A DNA stretch of 64,000 nt. Source: the human T2T-CHM13v2.0 reference genome, Homo sapiens. The stretch lies in the NCBI RefSeq assembly GCF_009914755.1, contig NC_060935.1, one strand, 5' to 3'. The notes under the pieces are model-generated. The model had not been told where the DNA came from. It searched no databases and worked only from the letters and a program-made list of their open reading frames with translations. The position numbers and the translations under genes were made by a program. This document shows, in pieces, positions 14,273-29,580 of the stretch; the first letter of the stretch is position 1, and the number at the start of each line of letters is the position of its first letter.

Positions 14273-14608
14273 TTTTATTTATTTATTTATTTATTCATTC
14301 ATTTATTTATTTAAGATGGAGTCTCACTCTGTCACCCAATGCAATGACATTGCATCTCGTGATGCAATGACATGATCTCGGCTCACTGCAGCCTCCACCT
14401 CCCGGGTTCAAGTGATTCTTCTGCTTCACCCTCCTGAGTAGCTGGGATTACAGGCACACGCCACAATGCCTGGCTAATTTTTGTATGTTTAGTAGAGATG
14501 GGGTTTCACTATATTGGTCAGGCTGGTCTCAAACTCCTAACCTCGTGATCCACCCACCTTAGCCTCCCAAACTGCTGGGGTTACAGGTGTGAGCCACTGC
14601 ACCCAGCC
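14273..14608 (-). mobile_element. AluS (Sg-like) inserted in L1
   Basis: (TTTA)n tail; TSD-like acataagaatttta / acatatggatttta. Confidence 0.95.
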
Positions 14609-15194
14609 ACATATGGATTTTAGATTAGTATTTTCTTATTCTGTGAAAAACAATGTTGGTAATGTGATAATAATGGTATTGAATTTGTAAACCACTCTGG
14701 TCAGTATGGCCATTTCAACGGTATTGATTCTTCCAATCCATGAGGATGGAATGGTTTTCCATTTGTTTGTGTCATCTCTGATTTCTTTCAGCAGTGTTTC
14801 AGTTCTCCTGGTAGAGATCTTTCTCCTTTTTGGTTAGATGGATTCCTAGGTTTTTAAATCTTTTTGTGGCTACTACTGTATCCTGCTGTAAATAGGATTG
14901 CATTGTTATTTGGCTCTCAGCTTGAACATTATTGTTGTATATAAGTGCTACTGACTTTTGTATGCTGATTTTATATACTGAAACTTTACTGAAGTGCTTC
15001 ATCAGTTCTAGGAGCTTTTTGGTGGAGTATTTAGGGTTTTGCTAGATAGAGAAACATAGTATTTTATACTCTCATAGAATATACAGTATACATAGTTTTC
15101 TATTCTCTCAGTAAAGAGAGACAGTTTGACTTCTTGTCCTATTTGGATGCCTTTTATTCCTTTCTCTTGCTTGATTCTTTTGGCTAGGACTTCA

Positions 15195-15299
<105 letters not shown>

Positions 15300-16911
15300 T
15301 CATAGATGGCTCTTATTATTTTGAGGTATGTTTCTTTGATGTCTAGTTGGTTGAGATTTTTTATGATGAAGGATGTTGAATTTTATCCAAAGCTTTTTCT
15401 AAATCTATTGAGATCATCATATGAATTTTGTTTTTAGTTCTGTTTATGCAATTAATTACATTTATTGATTTGCATATATGGAGCCAACCTCACATCCCAG
15501 AAATAAAGCCTACTTCCTTGTAGTGAATTACCTTTTGGATGTGCTGCTGGATTCAGTTTGCTAGTATTTTGTTGAGAATTTTTGTATCTATGTTCACATC
15601 AGGGATATTGGCTTGAAGTTGTCTTTTTTGCTGTGTATCTGCCAAATTTGGGTATCAGGATGACGTTGGCTTTGTAGAATGGGTTAGGGAGGGGTCCCTA
15701 ACCCTAGATTTTTTTGGAACAGTTTCAGTGAAACTGGTTTCAGTAAGATTGGCTTTTTTTTTTTTCTGATTCAGTTTCAGAACTTATTATTGGGCTACCT
15801 AGGGTTTCAAATTCTTCTTGGTTCAATCTTAGGAGGTTGTATGTTTCCAGAAATTTCTCCATTTTCTCTAGATTTTCTAGCTTGTGTGTATAGAGGTGAT
15901 CACAACAGTCTCTGAGGATCTTTTGTATTTCTGTGGGATCAGTTGTGATGTTATCTTTGTCATTCCTGATTGTGCTTATTTGAGTCTTCTCTTTATTTCT
16001 CTTATTCTGGCTAGTGGTCTATAAATCTTGTTTATCTTTTTAAAGAAACAACTACTGGTTTTGCTGATCTTTTGTATATATTTTTGCATCTTGATTTTAT
16101 TCACTTCTGCTCTGATTTCAGTTCTTTTCTTCTGCTAGCTTTGAGGTTAGTTTGTTCTTGTTTTTCTAGATCCTCTAGGCGTAATGTTAGATTGTTAATG
16201 TGAGATCTTTCTAACTTCTTGATGTAGGCATTTAATGCTATAAACTTTTCTGTTAACACTGCTTTCACTGAATCCTAGAGATTTTAGTATGTCACAGCTC
16301 TGTTTTCATTAATTTCAAAGAATTTTTTATTTCTGCCTTAATGTTATTATTCACCCAAAAGTCATTCAGGAATAAGTTGTTTAATTCCTATGTAATTGTG
16401 TGGTTTTGAGAGATCTTCTTGGTTTTGATTTCTATTTTTATTGCACTGTAGTTTGAGAGTATGTTTGGTATGATTTTTATTTCTTTGCATTTATTGAGTC
16501 TTGCTTTACCAGTAAAGCATGTAGTAGATCTTGGAGTGTGTTCCATATACAGACAAGAAGAATGTACTTTCTATCAATGTTGGATAGAATATTCTGTAGA
16601 TGTTTATTAGGTCCAATTGGTCAAGTGTCTAGTTTAAGTTCATGATTCCTTTCTTAGTTTGCTGCATTGATGATCTATCTAATACTGTCAGTAGAATGTT
16701 GAAGTCTCCCACTATTATTATGTGGCTAAGTATTTTCATAGATCTAGAAGTACCTGTTTTACAAACTGGGTGCTCCAATGTTTGGTATGTATATATTTAG
16801 GATAGTTAAGTCCTCTTTGAATTGAACTCTTCATTATCATATAATGCCCTTCTTTGTCACTTTTGACTTGTTATTTTAAAATCTGTTTGTTTGTTTGTTT
16901 GTTTTTTCTGA

Positions 16912-17242
<331 letters not shown>

Positions 17243-18404
17243 TCTTTTTTGTTTTCTATTTGCATGATAGGTCTTTCTCCATTCTTTTACTTTGAGACTG
17301 TGGTTGTCATTATATGTAAGACAGGTCTCTTGAAGACACTTGGGTCTTGTTTTTTTATCTAGCTTGCCACTTTGTGCATTTTAAGTGGGGCATTTAGGCC
17401 ATTTATATTCAAGGTTACTATAGATATATGAAGTTTTGATACTGTCATCCTGTTGTTAGCTGTTTTGTAGACTTGATTATATAGTTGCCCTATAGGGTCT
17501 GTGCTATGCACTTAAGTGTGTTGCTGTGGTAACAGGTATCATTCTTTGATTTCTGTTTAGAACTCCCTCAAGGACCTCTTGTATGGCTGATCTGGTGGTA
17601 ACAAATTCCCTTACGCTTGTCTGGAAAGGATTTTATTTCTCCTTTGTGTATGAAACTTAGTTTGGCTGGATATGAAATTCTTGGTTGGAATGTCTTTTCT
17701 TTGAGGATACTGAAAACAGACCCTCAATCTCTTCTGGCTTGTAAGGTTTCTGCTGAGAAGTCTGCTGTTAGCTTGATGAAATTTCCTTTGTAAGTGACCT
17801 GACCCTTTTTCCTAGGTGCCTGTAAGATTTTTTCTTTCATGTTAATCTTGGAGAATCTGATGACTTTGTTTCTTGGGGTTGGTCATCTTGTATAGTATCT
17901 TGCAGCGGTTTTCTGTATTTCTTGAATTTGCCTGTCAACCTCTCTAGTGAAACTGGGGACATGTTCATGAATTATATCCTCAAATACATTTTCCAAGTTG
18001 TTTACTCTTTCTCCTTCTCTCTTGGGAATACCAGCATGGGTTGTAGTTTAGTTCTCCTTACATAATCCCATATTTCTTGGAGGTTTTGCTCATTAAAAAA
18101 AAATATTTTTTCTTTATTTTTGTCTGACTGTGTTGATTCAAAAGACCAGTCTTTCAGCTTGAGATTCTTTCCTCAGCTTGGTCTATTACATTGCTAACGC
18201 TTGCAACTATACTATGAAATTCCTGTAGTGAATTTTTCAGTTCCAGAACTTTAGTTTGGTTCTCTCTTAAAATGGCTCTGTCATCTTTCAACTCATGGAT
18301 AGTTTTACTGGCTTCCTTGGATTTCTCCTGAATCTTGTTGTGTTTCCTTGTCATCCAGGCTTTGAATTCTGTGTCTGTCATTTCAGCCATTACAGTCTCA
18401 TTAG

Positions 18405-18900
<496 letters not shown>

Positions 18901-19066
18901 TGAAATCATATAAAGATACATAAAGTGAAAGCAAATCATCTCCTTTAGCCTCATCTTCAACCCCATCCCCTTGAGCTGCCAATACTCACACCTGCTGTAG
19001 ACTTTCCACATTTTCCCCTTGTTCTTTCAAACAGATGCAAATGCACATTTACATACAGATAGATAC

Positions 19067-19682
<616 letters not shown>

Positions 19683-20309
19683 TAGAGTTGAATTGTGGTA
19701 TATATTGAGTATAGTTGATTGGCTTCATTTCTGGATGCTTTTAGAGGGTTGAGGCTCTTCATTTGTGACTAGATTTCTGCACTGGGTTTCACCAGCAATG
19801 TATGCCCTTCTTTAGGTCCTATTTAGGGCCAGGAACTGGCCCTGGAGCTTGTCAACTCTGTGCAGGGTTCCCAGTTTCCCCCCTCTTCTACTTTGGTTTC
19901 TATGTCACCTCTCTATAAACTTTCAACGTTTTATTTCAAAAGATCTATTCGAAGTGTGATGATTTACTCGATATTTTGGTTTCCTTCAGTGCAAGAGGTG
20001 CTCCCAGCTATATCTAGTCAGCCGTCTAGTCCCCTGTGTTACTTCAGGCTGACCCTACCAGTGCTGGCTGCAAATTCCAAAGCCTGGTGATCTAAAGGGT
20101 CTGCCCCTGGAAATACACACCCAATGCCAGGTGCAGATTAGTGGGCAGATGTCTTGGGTATGGGGCCACTGGTAGTCAAGTACCAGCCCCCACTGTTTTT
20201 ATAAGCTTATTTTTCTTCTCAAATTATTCCAACACCTTTAACCAAAACCAATAAACCACTGATTAAAATTCACACATATTATATAAATGTATTTCTGTAA
20301 CTGCAAGTA

Positions 20310-20530
20310 GTTCAGAATGACTGCACTTCAAGATATGAACTAGGGCTCCAAGGGAGAAATGAGGCTGGCAAGATGAAGAGGACATCCATGGATGCCTTAA
20401 ATAATATACCAAGGAGTTTAAACCTTATCCTAAAGACAATAAAGAGCCTCTGGAGAAATTTTAGGATAAAAATGACATAATCATTTTTATGTTTTAAATA
20501 CATCACTTTGGCTGCAATATTGCACATACA
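20310..20530 (-). mobile_element. L2 fragment
   Basis: aaggagtttaaaccttatcc...catcactttggctgc. Confidence 0.6.
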
Positions 20531-21989
20531 TAGTATTTGGGAAAGGATGAAGGTATGCCATTTAAGACAAATAATTAATGGCTAAATTCTGCCAAGTTGA
20601 TGGAGGAGGAAATAATTCAAAAATATACTAGGAACGATAGAAGAATATATGTGGTGTTTTGCAGGACAGGAAAATACAAAAGAGAAGGGAAAATTCAAAG
20701 ATGCCTAGAGTATAATTCCACAAATTCCTTTTACTATCACAATCTGAGCCGCTCAGCCATAGACAACTTTGATATCTCAAGCTTTCCTGACTCCCTGGAT
20801 TCTTATGACATTAGCAAATGCAGCTAAGTCAAGTCCATGTCTTTGCGTACTCTGAGTAATTTATACATTTTCCATGTATGAAATTAATAGCTTATATACC
20901 CCCAACATGATTTGTATCAAGAGTAGTTAGTTGACCGAGCATGGATAATAGATTTATGATGCTTTTATAACCCTGACCAGCACGCATGATTACAGTTTTG
21001 CAAAGATGCTAAAATGACTATCAGCTACCTTATTTGACTCTCATATTCCTCCCATCCTCACTGAAGAAAAAAACATTTGGAGTGCTCTCCCAACAGCTGC
21101 AGAATGTATGGCCATGTGATACTATTTGAACGTTTTGTCTGACAAGTTAGGGATTCTTTTTGCAACTAATAAAATAATTTAAAAATCTGAACCATTTCCT
21201 GAAATGTAAATTACTGACTTTTGTTAGTCATTATTTCACCTCTGCCAAAACAAAATGACTTATAGAGAAAAGAAAAATGACTGATTTATTGCATCATGCA
21301 AATTCCTACAGAAGAAACAAGTTTAGGATATAAGGTATGTAACATGGGAATTTTAAAAACAGTATTAGTGAATTGCCAGGTAAGAAGAGACCCATTAAAG
21401 TTGTCTAATAGTGGCCTCCCCAGCTCTCCAGATATCAAAATAACTAGAAAATCATTAGATATCTGATTTATTTAGACCAAATTCTTTTATCTCACATTGT
21501 TGATCTTTTTGAAAATTCCTAATTTCTAATAGAATTAAGGATCTGTTACTTCAAATAATATAAAGCTTTTGAATTTCTAAATTCCTCATTTTTTCTAGGT
21601 CTCTTTAGCTATTTTTAATAATAGTGACAGGAATAAAAAAACAGGCACGGTTTGAGTAGATATTTGATAGAATTTCAGTTTTTATATAGTCAACTGTATT
21701 AAAATCTTATAGTTTAATTAAATAATTTTGGTAATAGATACATTTCTTAACTGAACTCCAAAGTTTATGTATGTGCAATCATCACTGTATATTTTGCATA
21801 TTTGAAATATATGCAAATGTAAATATTAAATACAAAGGTACCACCCAAGCATGTGTGTATTTATACATAAATGAATATATTTGTATAATACTTGTGAATT
21901 TTTATTTAGCATGTTACTTTTCCATGGGCCCATTAACATTTGCACCTGCTACTCCCTATCTGAGAGGCCGTCATCCACTACTTTTTAAA

Positions 21990-22152
21990 AAAATTTTATT
22001 TTTTAAAGATGGGGTCTCATTCTATTGCCCAGACTGGAATGCAGTGGCACAATCATAGTTCTCTGCAGCTTCAGACTACTGGGTTCAAATGATCCTGCTG
22101 CCTCAGCCTCCTGAGTAGCTGGGACCTCAAGCATGAGCTGCTATGTCTGGCT
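21990..22152 (-). mobile_element. FRAM / AluJ right monomer
   Basis: A single diverged Alu arm (ggcacaatcatagttctctgcagcttc). Confidence 0.85.
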
Positions 22153-22611
22153 TTCACTCTCTTTTACATGGCTTGTTCCCTCTCACCTCTCATAAGCCAG
22201 CTCAGTTATGATGCCTCAGGAAATTACTTCATGCGGACCACATATTGAGAGCAATCTACTTATCGTCATAGTTTTTGTGCATTTACTTCTGTGTCCTCCA
22301 CAAGGCTGCAAAATTCTTTGAAACAAGGTCTGTGCCCTGTACCTATGTTTAACAAGTGCTTGACAATTAAATGTACAAAAGATATTCATGAAGTTCACTC
22401 TGTGTGGCAAGTGGTTAATGCTTTAAACAATGCTACTGTAGAGGAGGAGTCGTCAACTTGTTTACAAATTGCCCAAGGGCTTTTTCTTTTCTTTTAATGT
22501 CACCATGATAACATAAAGAACATTATGAGAAAATTCCTTTCATCATAGAATTCATAGGCCAGTGGAAGAAATAGATTTTATTTATCATCTAGTGTGATAA
22601 ATTCTCTATTT

Positions 22612-22919
22612 GTGTTTTGTTTTTTTGGTTTTTTTTTTGAGATGGAGTCTCACTCTGTTGCCCAGGCTGGAGTGCAGTGGCACCATCTTGGCTCACTGCA
22701 AGCTCTGCCTCCCAGGTTCATGCCATTCTCCTGCCTCAGCCTCCTGAGTAGCTGGGACTACAGGTGCCTGCCACGACGTCCAGCTAAATTTTTGTATTTT
22801 TAGTAGAGATGGGGTTTCACCGTGTTAGCCAGGATGGTCTCGATCTCCTGACCTCGTGATCCGCCCAGCTTGGCCTCCCAAAGGGCTGGGATTACAGGCA
22901 TGAGCCACCGCCCCTGGCC
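22612..22919 (-). mobile_element. AluY
   Basis: gcaagctctgcc, ttcatgccattctcc, cgtgttagccaggatggtctcgatc. Confidence 0.96.
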
Positions 22920-23019
22920 TATTGTTGTTGTTTTCAAAGAGGCATATTGCCCAAGAGTGAAAGTCAAGAAAATCTGTTTGGAGGAAATGATATTTAAGCT
23001 TAATTTTGACAGCAGTCTA

Positions 23020-23660
23020 ATTCAGTGGTAATAAGCTCAGATTCTAATATCTGTTGGACATAGGGCTGAATCCTAACTCTATCTCTTATAAAGCTATGAT
23101 TTTTGGCAAGTGATTTAATCTTTGAGCCTCAGTATCCTAATATGTAAAATGGAGTTAGCAACATCTACCTCATAGGAGTGTTACTAAATGTGATTATTAC
23201 TTAAATTAAACGTTACAGAGGTTAAACATAGCAAAAGTATAAGCTGTAAATGCACGTGGCAAATACCATAACTTATTTGTCATTGGGTATTTGACATCTA
23301 ATAAAGAAAAGAAAAGCAGAAACAAAAGAAGTTCTTGTTAGATTAAGTTGTTTGTTGAGAGTGGAATGCTATGTCTTTAATAACTTCCTCAATTATATTT
23401 ATAAATAATTCTTGTGAGAACTACCATGTTAACCAAAGAAAATATTAAGAATAATTACATATGCTGCTCTAAACCTTTACGTTAACTCATGTATTCATCA
23501 CAACGGCCTTATGGGGTAATTATAAACAGTTTAGCCTCATTTTCAGATGTGGCAACTGAGGTACAGAGAGGTTAAGTATGTAGTTCAAGGTCACTTGACC
23601 AGAAAGTGCTAGAGCCAGAATTCAAACCTGGATTCAAACCAGGCCATGTGCGTCTATGTT
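23020..23660. mobile_element. Two MIRs (+ at ~23020-23200; - at ~23450-23660)
   Basis: gagcctcagtatcctaatatgtaaaatgg; ttttcagatgtggcaactgaggtacagagaggttaag. Confidence 0.7.
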
Positions 23661-23799
23661 ACTGTCCTTCCAGTAATACAACCAGGCCAACTTCATTTAG
23701 ATGCCAACCACTCCCTGAGTATACACTAAATTTCAGATGTTGTTCTAGAAAAATTGTATATAAATCACTTTATATTTATATACTGCATATATTTACAGG

Positions 23800-26050
23800 A
23801 AGGAATAGATGTTAACAAAATAAACTATAAATAAATAATATACATTTCAGATACTGGTGAGTGCAATTAAGTAATAATAAAATGGGAAAAAAGAATGATG
23901 GAAATGGTACTAATTTAATTACAGTGAACAGGGAAGATTTTTCTAAGGTGATGATATTTGAGCAGATATTTAAATAATAAAAAGAATAAACCATGTAAAG
24001 ATATAACGGACAATTTTTCCAGGCAGCTAGAATAACATACATATAGGGCTTGAGTTAGGAAAAGCTTGGCTTGTTTGAGAAACGTCAAGGTCACCGTGGC
24101 TAGAGTGAAATTTATGAAGAGTTGGTGGTGAGCACATAATGTTGGAGAGAGGAGCAGGTGTCACATTACAGAAGGCCTTGTATGTAATGATAATGAAGTT
24201 AATTATCACCTTTGGAAGGTCTTAAGAATATAAGTGGTATGATCTGGCTTATATTAACATTTTGAAAAAAGATAACGGGTTACTTGGAGGAGAACAGCAG
24301 GGTAAAAGTGGAAGCTATTATGGTTGTTGAGGCATGGGATGAAATTGGTTTGGATTAGGATTCAGCAGAGCAGGTGGTAAGATCTGACTGATTTTGTAAT
24401 ATATTTTCATGGTAGCACAAGCAGGACTTACTCATGAATGCTGAGGATAAAGAATAATTGAGCAAGACTTTTAGATTTTAGATTATTTTTCTGGCATAAA
24501 TAATATGGGAAATGATAGAACCAATTAGTCAATATGAAGAATATTAGGGCAGCAGTTACTTTGGCCCTGAGAAGAGGGACTGCAGGGAAGGGGCTTTCTT
24601 AATAATCAAGCAGCAGAGATGCCAACTGCACAGTTAGACATATACATTTGAAGTTCTCATTCAGGGAGATGTCATGGCTTCAGAATTGGGAGTCATCAGT
24701 TGACAGTTGGTATCTAAGGGCATGAGTCTGGATGAGGCCATCTAGGGAATGAAGAAAAGATGGAGAAGAGGTCTGTACACTGGGTATCTGGAGTGCTGAA
24801 ACCTTTAGAGGAGGAGCCAGCAAGGAGGCTGAGAAAGGGCAGCCATTGAGGTGGTAAAAGAACAGGAGAGTGTTTTGTCCTGGAAGTTAAAATGTTGACA
24901 TCTTTGAGGAAGGAGGAAGCATCAAATCCTGCTAAGAAGTCAGTTAGGTCTGAGAACTGATGCTTCAATTTAGCAAGATGGAACCAGTAATGACTTTGAT
25001 ATAAATGGATTTATGACTATTGTGGGGATGAGAACATGAAACAGGTTAAAATAAAAAAAATGAGGTAATAAGGGGGAGCTAATGAAAATAGACAATTTTC
25101 TTAGATTTTTGGTAAAGCAAAATAGAATAATGAGGTAATAGTGGAAGGAAAACATAGGGTCAGGGGACGGTTACTTATTTTTTCTAAGATGAAAGATATA
25201 CTGTGCCTGAGTTAAAGTTATTCAGTAAAAAGCAAGATAGGGCTTGATATTGCAGAAGAGAGAGGAGATAACTGCAGAAGGAAAATCATTCAATGGATAA
25301 CTGGTAATGGAGTCTAGGTAACAAGTAAAAAGTTGGTCTTAGAATGGAATAGGAACTTTCCTTCATTGCCATGGGAGAATATACTAGTAGACCTGGTAGT
25401 AGGAAAATGTGGTTTTCATTTGATTGCTTGGATTTTCTCAAAAACATATTAAGGCAGGTCAACAGCTGAAAGAGAAGATGAGAGAAGAGAGTGCTTGAGA
25501 TTTGAGGAGATATGATAAGGTATGAAATTGTTGTCCCAGAGTATGAGAAAGTGATTTTTTCTAAAGAAGTGTATAAGAATTGCTAGAAAGTCTTGAGAGT
25601 TCACTTAAAATCAATGGTTAAATATTTAAAGTGAGATGAGTGAGTGTTTCTCTAGCCATATCCAGTTGCTGAGGCAGTGGCATGGAGTGAAGAGGAAAGT
25701 GTTGGCTTAACCAGCGTAAGCTAACTTGGACTGGGGTTTTGCTGGATGAGCACAAAAAGCTAGAGAAGAGAAAAAAAAGTGCATGAGAGGGAGAATTAGA
25801 GTGAGGGACCAGGTAATACATGCTAGGTGGGGAGGGAAGAGAGGGCATAAAGAAAGGTGAAAGCTGGGTAGAAATGGTGAAATCAATGATCTGAGGTTCC
25901 AATGGGGCTAAAGAAGTTTCAATGAGAAGGTACTAGAATAAATGATATGAACAGAAGGGAGGAAGTGTTCACAAAGATATTGCTTGACATAGAGGCTTTG
26001 GAGAGGGGGCAGTTAATGGCAGTAACAAAGTTCAGAGTATGGTCATGAAC
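23800..26050 (-). mobile_element. Long degenerate L2 (L2a-like)
   Basis: Extended purine-rich tract with L2 motifs (ggtgatgatatttgagcagat; ttgggagtcatcag; aatcaatgatctgaggttcc). Confidence 0.7.
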
Positions 26051-26699
26051 CCCAAGGCAGGAAGTTAGCAAGGTAAACTGACATGCTGAAGATCAGGAAA
26101 CAAGTAAGATCAGAATCCAGACTAGAACCCACAGTTGTCTGACTCCTATTGAGTGTTCTCTCTCATACCAATGTTAGCTTTTATTTTTTGACCTCCAATA
26201 CCAGGGCAACTAAATAGTGTTCTATTCAAGATGGTGATGTACATTGGATAAGGAAAAAGGAGAAGGCTCAGCTTCACGGGCATGAGACCTGTTCAGTTGC
26301 ATTGAGTCCTGTGTTTAGAAAGGCCCCACGTTTTCATGTTGTACTGCACTCCATAAATCATATAGCTTGTCTTGGAGAGAAACTTAATGATTCAGGAGAA
26401 ATGTGTTTTTTTGTCTCATTTGAGCTCATTTTCCATAAGCCTCACTTTTCTCCAGTTAGCATACCATTAAAATTTTATCAAGTCCATAATGGAAGTTTTA
26501 AAGAACCCATCTGTCAAACACTTAAGTTTCAACGTATATTTTGGTTTAAAAGCACTCACACTTGATAAAAATCAGCCTGAAGATGAGAAATGCTCTGACT
26601 CAGGAAAGTGAATAATTAGTAAACTAAAAACGAGATATAAATTAAAGTGCAGGTCTACAATCTTCATTTATACTTGAATGATAGCTTAGTGAAAATATT

Positions 26700-27490
26700 T
26701 ACATTTTTATTTCTTATACTAAATGTGGTATGCGTTTATCATAGAAGGTTTATGAAATAAATATAAGCAAGAAGGATAAACTAAACATTACCCCAAAATC
26801 CTTAACAGGAGTTAGCCACCAACATGTGTAACATTTGGTGTACATCTTTCCAGGCTTTATGAGTGTATTTATGTATATATATTATATTATATAGCTTTGT
26901 GTCTACTGAATTATATTTTAAATACCATTTTAAAACTTAATTTTTAATTTAATAATATAATCTAGGTAGACCTTCTATCCTTGCAATTACATATTTTTCT
27001 AAAGTATTATTTCAGTATATTTTAATATAATTTATATTACATGAATACATAATAAACACATTATCCTTGTTTGTTTATTATTAAACACCTATGTTTTTCA
27101 ATCTTCACTATTATAAACCATATCAATACACACATTCATCGTGTATTTGTCCGCTACTGTAAGTACAATTTCTGGGTCAAAGAGTGTATTCATTTTAAAG
27201 GCTTTTAATCTATGTTTCCAAATTGCTCTTGTAGGGTTGTACTAATTTTCAGAACCTCTCACTGGCATTGAATATTCACATTCCTTTTAAGTTTCTGTCA
27301 ATTGGACAGGCAAAACTTGTTTGCTCTCATTGTCTTCCTTTGTTCTTAATGAGGTTGAACAGGTTTTCATTTGTTTATTGGCTTTTTCTTTTTTAATGAA
27401 TGTCCTGTTAATGCTTTTTGGTCACTTTTTTCTACACGGTCTTTGGCCTTTCTCTTATTGTTCTGTAAAATATCTACATATATTAGGGTT
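26700..27490 (-). mobile_element. Ancient L1ME-like fragments
   Basis: tttctgggtcaaagagtg...ttccaaattgctc...aatgaggttgaacaggttttcatttgtttattggc. Confidence 0.65.
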
Positions 27491-28017
27491 GTGTTGCACA
27501 GTTTCCTTAATTTGTCAAAGCACTTTGCCAGGACCCTACCAGCATATTTGCAGAGCTCTATGGGGTTGCTGTGTTTTTTCCTATGGGAGTAGTTTTAAAA
27601 TGCACCACTTGTTTTTTAAACTAAGTAAGAAACACATGGTAACTATAATTATGATGATAGTATCGATATCACACAAATGAAAACATCTTGTAACATATCT
27701 AAATAATGTATAGCCAAAACACTAATAATAAAACCATTAAGAACAAAGTGCTGTACAAGCTCATCAAACATTTCTCTTTTCCATTCATTTCTCCAAATCC
27801 TGGCAATGAAATTTACATACTAAACATTCAGTTATTTGGTCTGCTGTCTCAATGCTTTCTACTGTGAGCATTTCATTAATATTCTCATTGTGAGTCCTGT
27901 GGGAAACTTCCAGGTTATAAAACACAATTGTATAATTTCACAAGACAACTCATTAAGATTAGAATAGAATGTGAAATGCAAGATTGGGGCTTTGGATTTT
28001 TCAAAATTTTTTCTTAC

Positions 28018-28068
28018 CCTCTCCAGTGTAATTTCTTCAAATTCATATTCAATTTCTGTCCCATTGAC
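28018..28068 (-). CDS. DLG2: Internal 51-nt coding exon of DLG2 (PSD-93/chapsyn-110): VNGTEIEYEFEEITLER, linker plus first strand of PDZ1; phase 0/0
   Basis: Minus strand reads ...ttctcttcttatttttttccctatttacag|GTCAATGGGACAGAAATTGAATATGAATTTGAAGAAATTACACTGGAGAGG|gtaagaa. It has a long pyrimidine tract, an AG acceptor, a GTAAGA donor and 17 open codons. The peptide matches DLG2 as I recall it and differs from DLG1 (VNGTDADYEYEE) and DLG4 (VNGTEGEMEYEE). Confidence 0.96.
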
Positions 28069-29550
28069 CTGTAAATAGGGAAAAAATAAGAAGAGAACTA
28101 TTAAATACATGTTGAGGAGGAGACAGCTGCATTTTAAATAATGCTTGGGGGTGAAATTTTCATTCTAGCTATAAATAACCACATTTTCTTGATATTTCTG
28201 ATTGTGCATTTTCATTCAAGTGAAACATAATCTATGCTATTCTAAAATATATGACTGAGATGCTACAAAAAATACTCAAAGATTATTGCTTCCCTTAGTA
28301 ATTCTGTGATTTTTTTGTAGTGAGGTATAATAACACAAAATACATATTGTGAGCTTACAAAGAACAAATCATCTAGGGGCAATGATACAATTATGAGGAA
28401 AATAATTTTCTTGTTTTTTAAAAAATGTTATGTTTGAACACTAAAATATGACCTTAAAAATCAGTGATAATGGCAGAACAACATTGTTCCATTTTTGAAT
28501 AGAAAAATAGCATGAAAATGACTGCATCATCTGAGAAATACCTTTTCTTTAGTGGCTCAAGCTCAGGTAAATCATCCCCATCATCCTTTTATTATCTTTA
28601 TTGGAAAGCCCTGGACCATATAACCATACCTATGTACCTCAGTAGCAGTAAGAAATGAGCAAAGTAAGACACATTTTGAAATGCTTAGTGACGAATTGTT
28701 TCAACCATCCAACCAATCCTTGTATTGATTTGAATTTACAGAGAGAAATACATTTTAAATACAGCCAGGCACCTTAGATTTCCACAAATGTGCACAGAGG
28801 CCATATGAAAAGTTGGTTTAAAATAATCTAACAAATATTCCTTTCTCATTTTCATCTATCTCAGAATTCTTCTCAACCAGGCAAAACCTCTAAGCAAGAA
28901 AATTCTCAAATCGGTTGTTTCTTATTTCTGATACGTGTCTTGGCAACATCATTGGAATTTAGGAATCAGCCAGAAGGACTACATTTTAACTATAAAGCCA
29001 TACTTTTTATAGGATTCTAACTTACATTTACTTTTCTATCTTAGAAGAATTTATACCCAGTACCAGGGATTGAGAGTTCTATGCAGGCAAGGCCCAGACA
29101 GCCAGCCCTGTTGCCTAACACAGAGCCTGGCAAGAAAATAATGAGGGAAAAGATAGTGAATGAATGAGTGACTGAACTAAGTAATTAATTTACTTGTGTA
29201 ATTTATAAACATAGATATTTGTGGATTCTCTTTTGTAACAAAAAATTGAATGTAGTATCATCACCTAAAGGTGTAATTATAGTTATAATCAGCGAACATA
29301 TAGAATGACAATGACAATGGACTTTACTTAGGTGTGTCCACCACCCACTCACAGCATGTTTTTGATTTTCTAATTACGTGAGCTAATTGGTGAATCACAA
29401 TTTACTGTTTTACTACATTATCAAACAGCCCTAAACTAAATTTGATTTTCTAGGCTTCAGCAACTTAATGACTCACAGAAAAGGACTTGATGATGTCAGA
29501 AAGCTTTAGCAGCTTTCTAGAGGGTTTTGTTTTGTATATGCAAAAGTAAA

Positions 29551-29580
29551 ACACACAGACACACACACACACAAACACAC
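29551..29580. repeat. Imperfect (CA)n
   Basis: acacacagacacacacacacacaaacacac. Confidence 0.85.

Noticed and set aside
27859-28110. 83-aa ORF containing the DLG2 peptide
   Set aside because: Only 28018-28068 is exon. The rest is intron read-through, and the hydrophobic N-terminus is the translated polypyrimidine tract.
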